Assembly (NCBI GenBank): GCA_046047315.1
Contig: JBJOID010000062.1
Span: 5,896 to 69,895, forward strand
From: Candidatus Hydrogenedentota bacterium
Lineage (GTDB): Bacteria > Hydrogenedentota > Hydrogenedentia > Hydrogenedentales > JAEUWI01
DNA: 64,000 nucleotides
Direction of reading: 5' to 3'
The position numbers and the translations under genes were made by a program. Below, piece after piece: positions 1 to 9,599 of this stretch (its first letter is position 1; the number at the start of each line of letters is the position of its first letter). The notes below the pieces were generated by a model that was not told where the DNA came from, made no database searches, and saw nothing but the letters and a program-made list of their open reading frames with translations.

Positions 1-688
1 GGAAGCGGTCCGCCGGGATGCCCTTCGCGGCAAGGTGCCCCAGCGCGCTGCCCGCAATCATCAAGGGTATGGCCAGCAACACCAAGTTCAACGATGCGGC
101 GTCGAAATAACCCTGGTACACATTGAAGCTGGAAAGCAGGATCGCGTTGAAGAGGAAGAAGGCCTGAAGGATTCCCCGGAAGCGCTCCTTGTGCCAGCCC
201 TGTGTGTTGCCATAGACAATGACCGGGGGGCCGTCGGTGCCACAGGCGCCACCAAAGAATCCGGCGGAAAGGCCGGCCACGGCGTTCAGGAAGGGCCGCG
301 CCACGGGGGGCTGAGCCGGGGAACGCCGTAACTCGCGCAGCAGGGCATAGGCTCCGTAGGCCAGCAGCAGAACGCCGAGCAGCCGTTTGGCCAGCAGGGG
401 ATCGCCCGTGCGCAGGAAGAGCACACCGAGGGCGAGTCCCGGAATTGCTGCCGCCATCAGGCGGAAGGCCTCGCCCCAGAGCACGGCATGGCGGTTGGCA
501 TACAGGTTTTGCGCGCTGAGCAGGATGATGAGCATGTTCATCAGCGGCACCGCCTGGCCCATGCCAAGCACGGGGCCAAGCAGCGGCATGATGGTGAGCG
601 CGAAGCCGAAACCCGTGGCGCCGTGCACGAAGCCGCCCAGCGCGACGACGGCGGTCACGTAGGCAAAGTGTTCGGGAAGCGTGGACAC
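1..688 (-). CDS. TSUP (TauE/SafE) family membrane permease, partial (3' end runs off the window start)
   Basis: Not in the ORF track because its stop lies outside the window. Manual reverse-strand translation from GTG (688..686) gives VSTLPEHFAYVTAVVALGGFVHGATGFGFALTIMPLLG...AVAGLSAGFFGGACGTDGPPVIVYG...LLAIPLMIAGSALGHLAAKGIPADRF. The protein is hydrophobic and glycine-rich with TSUP-type motifs. An in-frame TGA sits upstream at 733..731. The plus-strand ORFs 35..331 and 387..662 are RS-rich antisense shadows. Confidence 0.55.
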   Translation of the reverse strand, partial: MSTLPEHFAYVTAVVALGGFVHGATGFGFALTIMPLLGPVLGMGQAVPLMNMLIILLSAQNLYANRHAVLWGEAFRLMAAAIPGLALGVLFLRTGDPLLAKRLLGVLLLAYGAYALLRELRRSPAQPPVARPFLNAVAGLSAGFFGGACGTDGPPVIVYGNTQGWHKERFRGILQAFFLFNAILLSSFNVYQGYFDAASLNLVLLAIPLMIAGSALGHLAAKGIPADRF

Positions 689-730
689 AACGGTGCACTC
701 TCGTGGAAGGGGGTGGGGATGGATTAGGAA

Positions 731-2299
731 TCAGGCGGAGGCGGCGCGTGCTTTCAGCAGCTTGTATTCGATGCTGTCCAGCAGCGCGGTGTAGCTCGCG
801 GAGATGATGTTCTCCGACACGCCGACCGTGCTCCACGGCATGGCGCCATCGCGCGACTCAATCAGCACGCGCGTCTTGGCCTTGGTCGCGTTCTGACCGT
901 CGATGATGCGGACCTTGTAGTCCTCAAGCTGCACGGTCTTGAGCTCGGGGTACTTGTCCTCGAGCGCCTTGCGCAAGGCGTTGTTGAGCGCGTCCACCGG
1001 GCCGTCGCCCTCGGCGGCCGTGTGCGCCAGCGTGCCGTCCGGAAACTCCAGCTTGATGGTGGCCTCGGCCATGCCGGCTTCCTCCGGCCCGCGCCGCGAC
1101 ACGGAGACATGGTATCCCTGTGTCTTGAAGAAGGTGGGGCAGTTGCCCTTCACCTTGCGGATGATCAATTCGAGCGAAGCGTCGGCTCCCTCGAATTCGT
1201 AGCCCTCGTTCTCGAGCGCCTTCACCTGCTGCATGATGTGCGTCGTTTCCGGCTCGTCCTTTTTCAGCTCGATGCCGAACTCGCCCGCCTTCTGGATAAG
1301 GCTGCTGCGGCCCGCCACTTCGCTGATGGCGATGTGCGTGCAGTTACCCACCAGGCTCGGATCAATATGTTCATAGCTCGCCTTGCTCTTGCCCACGGCG
1401 TCGGCGTGCATGCCGCCCTTGTGGGTGAAGGCGTCGCGACCCACGAAGGGCTGGCTGTCGCGCGGGACCATGTTCGCCAGCTCGGCCGTCAGCAGCGCCA
1501 CCTGCGCGAGCCGCGCCAGTTGCTCGGGGGACACCACGTCGTAGCCCATCTTGAGCTGGAGGTCGGGTATCACGGTGCAAAGGTTCGCATTGCCCGTGCG
1601 CTCGCCGTAGCCGTTGATGGTGCCCTGCACCTGCGTGGCACCCTCGAGCACGGCCATCAGCGAATTCGCGACGGCGCAACCCGCGTCGTTGTGGGTGTGG
1701 ATGCCGATCTGCGCCTGGGGCAGGCGCTCGCGCACCGCGCGCGTGGCCGCGGCCACTTCATGCGGCAGGCGGCCGCCGTTGGTCTCGCATAGGATCAGGC
1801 ATTCGGCGCCGGCTTCCTGCGCGGTCTGGAGCACGGTGAGCGCGTACTCGGCGTCCGCGTAGTAGCCATCGAAGAAATGCTCGGCATCGAGAAACACGCG
1901 ACGCCCCTGCGCCTTCAGATAGCTTACGGATTCCTGCACGATGCGCAGGTTCTCGTCCAGCGTCACGCGCAAGATTTCTGTGGCATGCGCGACGGAGGAT
2001 TTCGCGAAGATCGTCACCACCTCCGTCTGGGCGCTCAGCAAAGCCTTGATGTTCTGATCGTCCTCAACGCTGTTCTTGGGGTTGCGCGTCGAACCAAAGG
2101 CCGCCATTTTTGCGTGCTTGAGGTCGAGGTCGCGCGCGCGCTCGAAAAGTTCCACGGCCTTGGGATTCGAGCCCGGCTGTCCACCCTCGATATAGGCGAT
2201 GCCGAAATCGTCCAGCAGTTTCACGAGCCGGATCTGATCGTCGGAACTGAATTTAACCCCGGGACCCTGGGCGCCATCGCGCAGGGTGGTGTCGTACAT
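731..2299 (-). CDS. cimA: citramalate synthase / 2-isopropylmalate synthase family (CimA-type)
   Basis: The product is MYDTTLRDGAQGPGVKFS...YIEGGQPGSNPKAVEL...IGIHTHNDAGCAVANSL...GTINGYGERTGNANL plus a C-terminal LeuA-type regulatory domain. The ORF-track N-terminal extension (2300..2449) looks non-coding. I place the start at Met51, checked as 'cat' at 2297..2299. Confidence 0.8.
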   Translation of the reverse strand: MYDTTLRDGAQGPGVKFSSDDQIRLVKLLDDFGIAYIEGGQPGSNPKAVELFERARDLDLKHAKMAAFGSTRNPKNSVEDDQNIKALLSAQTEVVTIFAKSSVAHATEILRVTLDENLRIVQESVSYLKAQGRRVFLDAEHFFDGYYADAEYALTVLQTAQEAGAECLILCETNGGRLPHEVAAATRAVRERLPQAQIGIHTHNDAGCAVANSLMAVLEGATQVQGTINGYGERTGNANLCTVIPDLQLKMGYDVVSPEQLARLAQVALLTAELANMVPRDSQPFVGRDAFTHKGGMHADAVGKSKASYEHIDPSLVGNCTHIAISEVAGRSSLIQKAGEFGIELKKDEPETTHIMQQVKALENEGYEFEGADASLELIIRKVKGNCPTFFKTQGYHVSVSRRGPEEAGMAEATIKLEFPDGTLAHTAAEGDGPVDALNNALRKALEDKYPELKTVQLEDYKVRIIDGQNATKAKTRVLIESRDGAMPWSTVGVSENIISASYTALLDSIEYKLLKARAASA

Positions 2300-2485
2300 T
2301 TCAATGCGTTGAGCCACGTGACCGTACTCCGGCAACTTGCCCGGCACGCGCCCGCACGGCGCGGCGGCAACTTGCCACATTCCCTCGCGTACGATAGCAT
2401 AGCTGCCCAGCCCAATGGAACATCCTGTCTCGCAATGGGTTAGCGTCAAGTGTCGATTTTATTTTTGCTAAAAGTGAAAAATTCT

Positions 2486-3139
2486 ATGACTACTTCTTCA
2501 CACAGCTCCTTCCCCGACGCCCTGCCGGACTGCCTGAGAAGCGATGGCATTGCTTTGGAGGCGGCAACGTGCGAGCAGCTGTTGAAGTTCGCCGCTTTGG
2601 TGCGGCATTGGAATGCCTATGCCTCCCTCATGTCGGACCGGGACATTCACTTGATCGAGTCCCTGCACATTCCGGACGCCTTGAGCCTGGCCGGTACGCT
2701 TCTGGCCGCGATACGGCAGGGTCGGCAGTGGATTGATCTGGGAAGCGGCGGCGGCTTCCCCGCGTTGCCGGTGCGGATTCTGGCGGGAGAGCTGCCACTC
2801 ACGCTGGTGGAGCGCTCGGAGAAGAAGTCGGGCGTGCTCCAGCAGCAACTTACCAGCCTCCACCTCGATGGGGTCTCGCTGCGGGTGGGCAGTTTCCCGC
2901 AGGTGATTCCTCATCCGGAGGGACCCGTGGTCGTAACGGCCCGCGCCATCGAGAAGCCCGTCGTGGTGCATCAGGCGCTCGCCCAGTGGATGCGCCCGCA
3001 CGATGTGTTCCTCTGTCAGGCAGCCGCCCCCGAGCCGGTGTTTCAGTCGCCCATGTTCCACGTGGAACACATCACGGACTGCTGGACCGAGACCGGGCTA
3101 CGCCGGGGAAGCCTCTACCGCATCGAACGCCTCGCCTGA
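2486..3139 (+). CDS. rsmG: 16S rRNA (guanine527-N7)-methyltransferase RsmG/GidB
   Basis: SAM-binding motif DLGSGGGFPALP and overall GidB-like sequence. The ATG at 2486 gives MTTSSH; the upstream part of the ORF-track frame is a likely alternative-start artefact. Confidence 0.8.
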   Translation: MTTSSHSSFPDALPDCLRSDGIALEAATCEQLLKFAALVRHWNAYASLMSDRDIHLIESLHIPDALSLAGTLLAAIRQGRQWIDLGSGGGFPALPVRILAGELPLTLVERSEKKSGVLQQQLTSLHLDGVSLRVGSFPQVIPHPEGPVVVTARAIEKPVVVHQALAQWMRPHDVFLCQAAAPEPVFQSPMFHVEHITDCWTETGLRRGSLYRIERLA

Positions 3140-3156
3140 GGAGAGCCTACGAAAAA

Positions 3157-3188
3157 GGCGCCCGGACCAAAATCCGGGCGCCTTGACG
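3157..3188 (-). terminator. Rho-independent terminator downstream of the DUF1559 gene (possibly bidirectional for rsmG)
   Basis: Perfect 10-bp GC stem GGCGCCCGGA / TCCGGGCGCC with a 6-nt loop at 3157..3182. On the minus strand it is followed by TTTTTCG. Confidence 0.5.
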
Positions 3189-3224
3189 CAAGCGGTCGGG
3201 TGTTCCACGTGGAACACCGGGGGG

Positions 3225-4175
3225 TTACTCGAACAAGCTGTTCAATGCCGCGTGGCTTACCGTCGCGGGGAAGGTCTCGCCCAACCCCACGTATTCGACA
3301 TGTCCATCGAGGTACAGGGCATTGCACCCGCCCGGCACGTGGTTGAAGCCAACGCCGCCGCCGATATTGGTGCTGATCTTGTCCCAAGCCACAGGCAAGG
3401 TGGATTGCGCCCGCGCGGCCGCGCCGGGATTGTTGATGTCGGTAATCACGAAACGCTCGATGCCCTCGCGCAGGCGATAGAGGTTCGCGCTCTGGCCATT
3501 CCCGTCCGTGGTGTAGTCGAGGGTCGTTGCATCGCGCAGTGCCGCGAGGTCAATGTCCTCATCCAGAATGAAGTCATCCGCAGGATCCTTGTTCAGCGCC
3601 GCGTCACCCACCACCACGGAAAGTGCAATGAACTGGTTTGGCGCCTCGATAGGGGTCGGGGTCGGGAAAGGCACCACCGAACGGGGATGGGACTCGTCGA
3701 CCCGGTCGAGCGCGAAGCCCACGTAGTTGTAACTCTCATCCCCCTCGGTCACCACTCCCACGTAGGCGCAAGTGTCAGTCCCATCATCCGCTACCACCAG
3801 CAGATCATTCTCCTGTCCCACATCAGCGTCGCTTGGGCAGACCAGCACGTTCAGGTCGGTCAGGTATTCCGGATACAGCGCCACCATGTCGGCCATGAAG
3901 ACGCCGTTGTCGTGAAAGCTGTCGGGGTCGCAGCCGGTCGCATTCGCCGCCAGCCCGAAGGCATGGTCACCGTCCACCCGGGGATACCGCTCGCCCTTCG
4001 ACTCGGTGGCGTACATCTTGAGCACAAGCCCCAGCTGCTTCAGGTTGTTCTGGCACGAAGCCCTGCGAGCCGCTTCCCGGGCACGCGCGAGCGCGGGCAA
4101 CAGGATGGCAGCCAGAATGCCGATGATGGCAATCACGACAAGCAGTTCAATCAGGGTGAATCCATTCCGCTTCAT
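3225..4175 (-). CDS. DUF1559 (H-X9-DG) protein with prepilin-type N-terminal cleavage/methylation domain
   Basis: N-terminus [29 protein letters not shown] is a prepilin peptidase signal plus hydrophobic helix. C-terminal YLDGHVEYV motif. This family is highly expanded in Planctomycetes and Verrucomicrobia. Confidence 0.8.
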   Translation of the reverse strand: MKRNGFTLIELLVVIAIIGILAAILLPALARAREAARRASCQNNLKQLGLVLKMYATESKGERYPRVDGDHAFGLAANATGCDPDSFHDNGVFMADMVALYPEYLTDLNVLVCPSDADVGQENDLLVVADDGTDTCAYVGVVTEGDESYNYVGFALDRVDESHPRSVVPFPTPTPIEAPNQFIALSVVVGDAALNKDPADDFILDEDIDLAALRDATTLDYTTDGNGQSANLYRLREGIERFVITDINNPGAAARAQSTLPVAWDKISTNIGGGVGFNHVPGGCNALYLDGHVEYVGLGETFPATVSHAALNSLFE

Positions 4176-4341
4176 AAGGTCGCTCCTGCAAAAAGTCCTT
4201 CATCCTAACACACTTCCAGACGAAGCCGAAGCGGCAGAGGTTTCCACCACAGAGGAACAATCTGCATCCCGGAAACCGGCCGCCCGCGAGGTTCTCCGCG
4301 AAATATCCAGTAAAGCCGGGACCTTTGCCCGCCGATAGGCT

Positions 4342-4357
4342 TGGTACGCCGCTTGCG
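4342..4357 (+). promoter_or_regulatory. sigma54 (RpoN) -24/-12 promoter upstream of flgK
   Basis: TGGTACG-ccgc-TTGCG matches the TGGCACG-N4-TTGCW consensus with one mismatch. It lies about 62-76 nt upstream of the flgK ATG. Confidence 0.5.
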
Positions 4358-4417
4358 TGGAAGCCAACGGCGAAGTGCGCCATCACCACGGAACAAGCTG
4401 CGGGAGCAAACACACGG

Positions 4418-6133
4418 ATGGGTACCCTCTTCAGCGCGCTGGACATCGGCCGGGGCGGCCTTCAGGTGGCGCAGGTTCAACTCGACACGGCCAGCAACAA
4501 CATTGCGAACGTGAACCGGCCGGGCTTTTCGCGGCAGCGGGTCAACCTGCTCACGCGTGAACCGAACCTCAAGCCTTACGGCGCGCTCGGGCGCGGTGTT
4601 TTCGTGAGCGGTATAGACCGCCTGCGCGACCAGTTCCTGGATGTCGCGTTCCGCCAGGAAGTGGCCAGCTTCGGGGCGGCGGATACCGCCGCCACCTACT
4701 TCTCCCGCATCGAAGACATCTTCAACGAACCGGGAGACGCCAGCCTCTCGAACCGAATCAATGAGCTATTCGACGCCCTGCAGGATTTCGCCGCCGCCGT
4801 GGACAACCTGCCCACCCGTGTGGCCACCATCGAGCAGGCCTCCGCCCTGGCGGCCACCCTGAACGAAGTTGACCGCCGCCTCAACCTCCTGCGCTCGAAT
4901 GCGAATGATCAGGTGGGGGACACCGTCACGGAAATCAACTCCCTCGGCGAGCGCGTCGCCGAGCTCAACACCTCAATTCAGCGTCTGGAAGGTTCGGGAC
5001 GGGCGGCCAATGATCTGCGCGACCAGCGCGATGTGCTGCTCGACGAGCTCGCCGAGCTGGTCAATATCACCTACCGCGAACGCGACAACGGGATCGTGGA
5101 TGTGCTGATGGGCGGTGACCAGTTCATCACCGGACGCGACGTGCGCCTGCTGGAAGCGGTGGCCACACCGACCATCGACCCCGATCGGCCCGACATGCGC
5201 GAGGTCCGTTTCGCGGACACCGGCACCCCGGTCCTCGTGCGCGACGGCCGCCTGCGTGGACTGCTCGACATCCGGGACGACGCCATCGCGGGCGTCGAGG
5301 ATAGCGTCGATGAGCTTGCGCGTGGACTTATCAATTCCCTGAACGCCCTGCAAGCCTCGGGCAATGGCCTCTCCAACTTTGACGCGCCGCTTACCTCGAC
5401 CAACGCCGTGAGCGGCATCGACACCGCCCTCAACAGCGCGGGGCTGCCCGGCACGGTCACCGACGGTTCCTTCGATATCCTCGTCTATGACAACAGCGGC
5501 AACCTCGTCGAGACCCTGAACGTGCCCGTCTTTGCGTCGGGTCCGCTCATCCTGCAGAGCACACTCAACTCCGTGCGCCTGCTCATCAACGTGTCACCCA
5601 ACCTCAGCGCCAGCATCAGCGACGGCCTGCTCACGGTTTCGCCGGACGCCAACCGCACCTTCGTGCTGGCCAACGACACGAGTGGATTCCTCACCGCCTC
5701 CGGGTTGAACAGCTTCTACGCCGGCACCGACGCGGGCAGCATCGCCGTTAATCCCGACCTCGTGGCCCGGCCGGACTGGCTCAGCTCCAGCGACAGCCCG
5801 GACCCGCTTGAGACCGGCAACAACGCGGTTGCCCTCCTCATGGCGCAGCTTCGGGATCAGCCCGTCTTCTCCAGCAACACCGAGAACATCAACCAGTTCT
5901 ACGAGTCCGTGCTGGTGACCCTGGGGGTTGATGCGCGCGCCAACGCGCAGCTGCTCGAGCTTCAGGAAGACGCGGTAACCGACTTCGAATCCCGCCGGCT
6001 GGAGGTGAGCGGTGTCAATATCGACGAGGAAGTGACCAGCCTGCTTCAGTTCCAGCGCGCCTTCGAGGCTTCCGCCCGCGTCATCACCACGACCGACCGC
6101 ATGCTGGAAACCCTGCTGGGTATCGTCGCGTAG
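4418..6133 (+). CDS. flgK: flagellar hook-associated protein 1 FlgK
   Basis: N-terminus MGTLFSALDIGRGGLQVAQVQLDTASNNIANVNRPGFSRQRV and C-terminus VTSLLQFQRAFEASARVITTTDRMLETLLGI are both canonical FlgK. The start is set at the internal ATG at 4418; the upstream ORF part has no similarity. Confidence 0.85.
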   Translation: MGTLFSALDIGRGGLQVAQVQLDTASNNIANVNRPGFSRQRVNLLTREPNLKPYGALGRGVFVSGIDRLRDQFLDVAFRQEVASFGAADTAATYFSRIEDIFNEPGDASLSNRINELFDALQDFAAAVDNLPTRVATIEQASALAATLNEVDRRLNLLRSNANDQVGDTVTEINSLGERVAELNTSIQRLEGSGRAANDLRDQRDVLLDELAELVNITYRERDNGIVDVLMGGDQFITGRDVRLLEAVATPTIDPDRPDMREVRFADTGTPVLVRDGRLRGLLDIRDDAIAGVEDSVDELARGLINSLNALQASGNGLSNFDAPLTSTNAVSGIDTALNSAGLPGTVTDGSFDILVYDNSGNLVETLNVPVFASGPLILQSTLNSVRLLINVSPNLSASISDGLLTVSPDANRTFVLANDTSGFLTASGLNSFYAGTDAGSIAVNPDLVARPDWLSSSDSPDPLETGNNAVALLMAQLRDQPVFSSNTENINQFYESVLVTLGVDARANAQLLELQEDAVTDFESRRLEVSGVNIDEEVTSLLQFQRAFEASARVITTTDRMLETLLGIVA

Positions 6134-6140
6134 TAATAAT

Positions 6141-6845
6141 TTACTGTTCGCCTAGATAAATGCAGCGAGCGGTGTAGGTTTCCTGCACCACCACCGCCGT
6201 CGGCCGTTGGCCGTGACGCTCGATCCACCGCCAAATCCAGTGCGCAATGTGCTCGACAGTGGACTTGTCCAGTCCCTCGATGTCGTTCAGGTAACGGTGA
6301 TCGAGCGCGTCATAAAGTTGCGGCAGCAGGGATTCCAGCGCATCCAGATCCTCGGCGCCCGCCTCGCAGATGTAGCTGTGCCCGTGGACGCAGCGGCAGG
6401 CGTGGCCCTCGGGCAGCGACGGCAGCGACTGCGCCGCCTCAAAGGTGAACCGCCAGCGTTCGGGAAGGCCCTCGAAATCATCCGCCGGCATCGGAACCGG
6501 ATTGAAGCAACAGTCCCCGTCGATGCAGACCCGCACCCCGGCAAACCACCCGGGCGCAGGGAGCAGGCGCTCGTGCAGCCACGCCTCGATGGCGGGCACC
6601 CGCGTGTCGTTCTCCAGTCCCGGCACCTCGTTGAGGCACGCGTGATCCAGCAACGCCACCAGCGGCTTGAGCCGGGACTTCATCTCCGCAAAATCCACCA
6701 CCCAGCCGATGCCCGCGTCCGGCGCGCCATGGGCCAGCAAGTCCACGCGGTAGCTGTGGCCGTGCAGCCGCCGCTGCCGTTCATCCCCGAGGGGATTGCG
6801 GTGCGCCGCCTCGAAATAGAGGATTTTGCGCAGGTGGAACTTCAT
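6141..6845 (-). CDS. tandem-duplicated 6-pyruvoyl-tetrahydropterin synthase / QueD-fold protein
   Basis: Two PTPS-like halves: MKFHLRKILYFEAAHR...RRLHGHSYRV and ...CRCVHGHSYICEAG...TYTARCIYLGE. Only the second half keeps CxxxHGH. The ATG at 6845 was verified. Confidence 0.65.
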   Translation of the reverse strand: MKFHLRKILYFEAAHRNPLGDERQRRLHGHSYRVDLLAHGAPDAGIGWVVDFAEMKSRLKPLVALLDHACLNEVPGLENDTRVPAIEAWLHERLLPAPGWFAGVRVCIDGDCCFNPVPMPADDFEGLPERWRFTFEAAQSLPSLPEGHACRCVHGHSYICEAGAEDLDALESLLPQLYDALDHRYLNDIEGLDKSTVEHIAHWIWRWIERHGQRPTAVVVQETYTARCIYLGEQ

Positions 6846-6858
6846 GGCCGCGCCGGGC

Positions 6859-8265
6859 TCATCCCTGCCAGTCGCCGCTCTTCTTGAGCTCGTCGGCCAG
6901 GATGTCCAGCGTCTTCTTCAGCTTGTCCACCGCCTCGTCCACGTCGGCGCGGCTGATGATGTGCGGCGGAGAGAAGATGCAGATGTTCACCACCGGGCGG
7001 AAGATCAGGCCCATGCTCGCAGCGATTTCCGCGGCCCGCACCGCCACGCCGGGCTTCGGCGGGAAGGGTTCCTTGGTGGCGCGATTCTTGTAGAGTTCAA
7101 CGGCCGCCACGTTGCCCAACCCGCGCTTCTCGCCCACCAGCGGATGCGGCGCGATATGCGTGTCGAGCTGCGCCTGAAAGTACGCGCCCACGTCGCGCGC
7201 ATTGTCCACCAGGTTCTCGCGCTCGAATATCTCCAGATTCTTCAGTCCAGCGGCAGCGGCCACCGGATGGCAGGAATACGTGAAGCCGTGCGAGAAGGGG
7301 CCCACCTCGGCCGCCCCCTTGTGCAGCACGTCCCAAATCTCGTCCGAAACCACGCTCGCCGCCATCGGCACATAGCCGCTGGTCAGCCCCTTGGCCAGCG
7401 TCATGATGTCCGGCTGAAGGTTGTAGTAATTGCTGCCGAACCAAGTACCGAGACGGCCGAACCCGCAGATCACTTCATCGGCGATGAACAGCAGCCCGTA
7501 CTTGCGCACGACCGGGATGATTGCCTCGAAGTAACCCTGCGGCGGCGGCACCACGCCGCAGGCGCCCATCACCGGCTCAGCGATGAGCGCCGCCACGGTC
7601 TCGGGTCCCTCGCGCAGAATCGTCTCCTCCAGCTCCTTCGCCAGGCTCGCGCTGTAGTCCAGTTCCGACATCCCGGCCGGGGCGTTCAGGAAGTAATGCG
7701 GCTTGGACACATGCACAAAGCGGCCGCTGTCCAGCGGCACGTCGAACTGCAGGTGAAGCGGGGGCAGCCCGGTCATGCTCGCCGATGCCACGGTCACGCC
7801 GTGATAGCCCATCTTGCGCGAGATGATCTTCTTGCGCTCCGGACGGCCCAGCAGGTTGTTGTAGTACCACACGATCTTCACGTTCGTGTCGTTGCAGTCC
7901 GAGCCCGAAAGGCCGAAGAAGACCTTGTTCAGGTTGCCCGGCGTCAGCGAAGCGATCTTGTCCGCCAGCTCAAGCGAGGGCTGGTTGGCGTTGTTCTGGA
8001 AAGAGGTGTAGTAACAAAGCGTCTTCACCTGATCCGAAATCGCGTCAGCCATTTCCTCGCGGCCATAGCCGATGTCCACACACCACAGTCCCGCCATCAT
8101 GTCCAGGTATTCGTTGCCGTCCGAATCCCACACGCGCATGCCCTTGCCGCGCACAATCACGCGCGGGCCCGCGCCCTGGGTCTGGGGTATCGCCGTAAAC
8201 GGCTGAAGCGCGCTGGCCTTGGCCTTGGCGCGCAGCGATTGGGTGAGTTCGGTGGATGGATTCAT
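6859..8265 (-). CDS. class III PLP-dependent aminotransferase (omega-transaminase family)
   Basis: GLWCVDIGYGREEM...IADEVICGFGRLG...TLAKGLTSGYVPM (PLP lysine). The start ATG at 8265 gives MNPSTEL and has an AAGGAA SD. The N-terminal 41 aa of the ORF track are rejected. Confidence 0.8.
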   Translation of the reverse strand: MNPSTELTQSLRAKAKASALQPFTAIPQTQGAGPRVIVRGKGMRVWDSDGNEYLDMMAGLWCVDIGYGREEMADAISDQVKTLCYYTSFQNNANQPSLELADKIASLTPGNLNKVFFGLSGSDCNDTNVKIVWYYNNLLGRPERKKIISRKMGYHGVTVASASMTGLPPLHLQFDVPLDSGRFVHVSKPHYFLNAPAGMSELDYSASLAKELEETILREGPETVAALIAEPVMGACGVVPPPQGYFEAIIPVVRKYGLLFIADEVICGFGRLGTWFGSNYYNLQPDIMTLAKGLTSGYVPMAASVVSDEIWDVLHKGAAEVGPFSHGFTYSCHPVAAAAGLKNLEIFERENLVDNARDVGAYFQAQLDTHIAPHPLVGEKRGLGNVAAVELYKNRATKEPFPPKPGVAVRAAEIAASMGLIFRPVVNICIFSPPHIISRADVDEAVDKLKKTLDILADELKKSGDWQG

Positions 8266-8327
8266 GATGCATTCCTTACCCGGCAGGGCCGCGCGTGGCG
8301 GCATGCCGTTTCCTGCGCCGTCCCTCG

Positions 8328-9599
8328 TCAGCCCCGGTCGATGAGCGCCTCGCGCTCGGGACCCACCGACACATAGCGCAACCTGCATTCGATCTGCCGC
8401 TCAATCTCCAGCACGTAATTGCGGGCGGTTTCGGGCAGATCCTCAAAGCGGCGCACGCCGCGAATGTCTTCGCTCCAACCCGGCATCTCCATGTATACCG
8501 GGGTGCTCTCTTCCAGCACGGCATTGATGGGGAAGCGGTCGATGCGCTGGCCCTCATGCTCGTAATGCGTGCAAATCTTCAGGCTATTCAGGCCGCTCAG
8601 GCTGTCCAGCTTGGTCAGCGCCACCTCTGTCGCGCCCTGCGCCCATACCCCAAAACGGGTCGCCACCGAATCGAAATGCCCGATGGTGCGGGGACGGCCG
8701 GTGGCCGCGCCGTATTCCTCGGCAATCTCCCGCAACTCGTTCGCCTCGGCGTCGTTCATTCGGGTGAGGAATGGACCCTCACCCACACAGGTCGAGAACG
8801 CCTTGACCACCGCCACCACCCGGTCGGCGCTGCGGCCAAACAGGCCGCCACCCACCGGGGCGTAGGACGCCAGCGCGCAGGACGACGTGGTGTAGGGATA
8901 AATCCCGAAATTCAGGTCGCGTAGGGTGCCCAGCTGCGCCTCGAAAAGGATGTTCTTCCCGGCTGAGGCAGCCTCCTCCAGCAGAAGCGAGGTGTCTGTA
9001 ATCAGCGGACGCACCGCGTCGAGGTTCCGCTCCACCCAGGCGAGCACGCTGTCATAATCAATGCCATCGCACTTGCCATAGAACAAGCGGCAACGCTCCG
9101 CCTTCCACGCCACCAAGTCCTTCAGGCGGCGGCGGAAACGCTCCGGATGCAACAACTCACCCACCTGGATGGCCTTCTTCATCGTGCGGTCGCCATAGGC
9201 CGGGGCAATGCCACGCCGGGTCGAGCCATAGGCCTGGTTGCCCAGACGCTCCTCTTCCCAGGTGTCTTCCAGGCGGTGGAAGGGAAAGCAGATTGTGGCT
9301 CGATCCGAAACCCGCACCTGCGGCGAGATGCCCTTCAAGGCGATGTCTTCGAGCTCGCTGCGCAAGCCCTCGAGGTCAATGACCATGCCCGGTCCCAAGA
9401 TATTGATGGCCTTGGGGTTAAAGATTCCCGAGGGCAGCAGGTGCAGCTTGAAGGTGCCGTGCTGGTTCACCACCGTGTGGCCGGCGTTGTTGCCGCCCTG
9501 ATACCGGACCACGAAGTCGGCGTCCTGGGCGAAATAGTCCACCATCCGGCCCTTGCCTTCGTCGCCCCAGTTCGCGCCCACCACAATTTGAATGCCCAT
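8328..9599 (-). CDS. purA: adenylosuccinate synthetase
   Basis: MGIQIVVGANWGDEGKGRMVDYFAQDADFVVRYQGGNNAGHTV is the canonical PurA N-terminus. The ATG at 9599 was verified. Confidence 0.9.
   Translation of the reverse strand: MGIQIVVGANWGDEGKGRMVDYFAQDADFVVRYQGGNNAGHTVVNQHGTFKLHLLPSGIFNPKAINILGPGMVIDLEGLRSELEDIALKGISPQVRVSDRATICFPFHRLEDTWEEERLGNQAYGSTRRGIAPAYGDRTMKKAIQVGELLHPERFRRRLKDLVAWKAERCRLFYGKCDGIDYDSVLAWVERNLDAVRPLITDTSLLLEEAASAGKNILFEAQLGTLRDLNFGIYPYTTSSCALASYAPVGGGLFGRSADRVVAVVKAFSTCVGEGPFLTRMNDAEANELREIAEEYGAATGRPRTIGHFDSVATRFGVWAQGATEVALTKLDSLSGLNSLKICTHYEHEGQRIDRFPINAVLEESTPVYMEMPGWSEDIRGVRRFEDLPETARNYVLEIERQIECRLRYVSVGPEREALIDRG

Noticed and set aside
387-727. Plus-strand ORFs 387..662 and 488..727
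   Set aside because: RS/HG-rich shadow frames of the minus-strand TSUP permease gene, which has coherent membrane-protein sequence.
3003-4208. 401-aa plus-strand ORF
   Set aside because: Antisense to the DUF1559 gene. Its N-terminus merely translates the twin palindromes, giving CSTWNT twice.
6826-8376. 516-aa plus-strand ORF
   Set aside because: Antisense to the class III aminotransferase.
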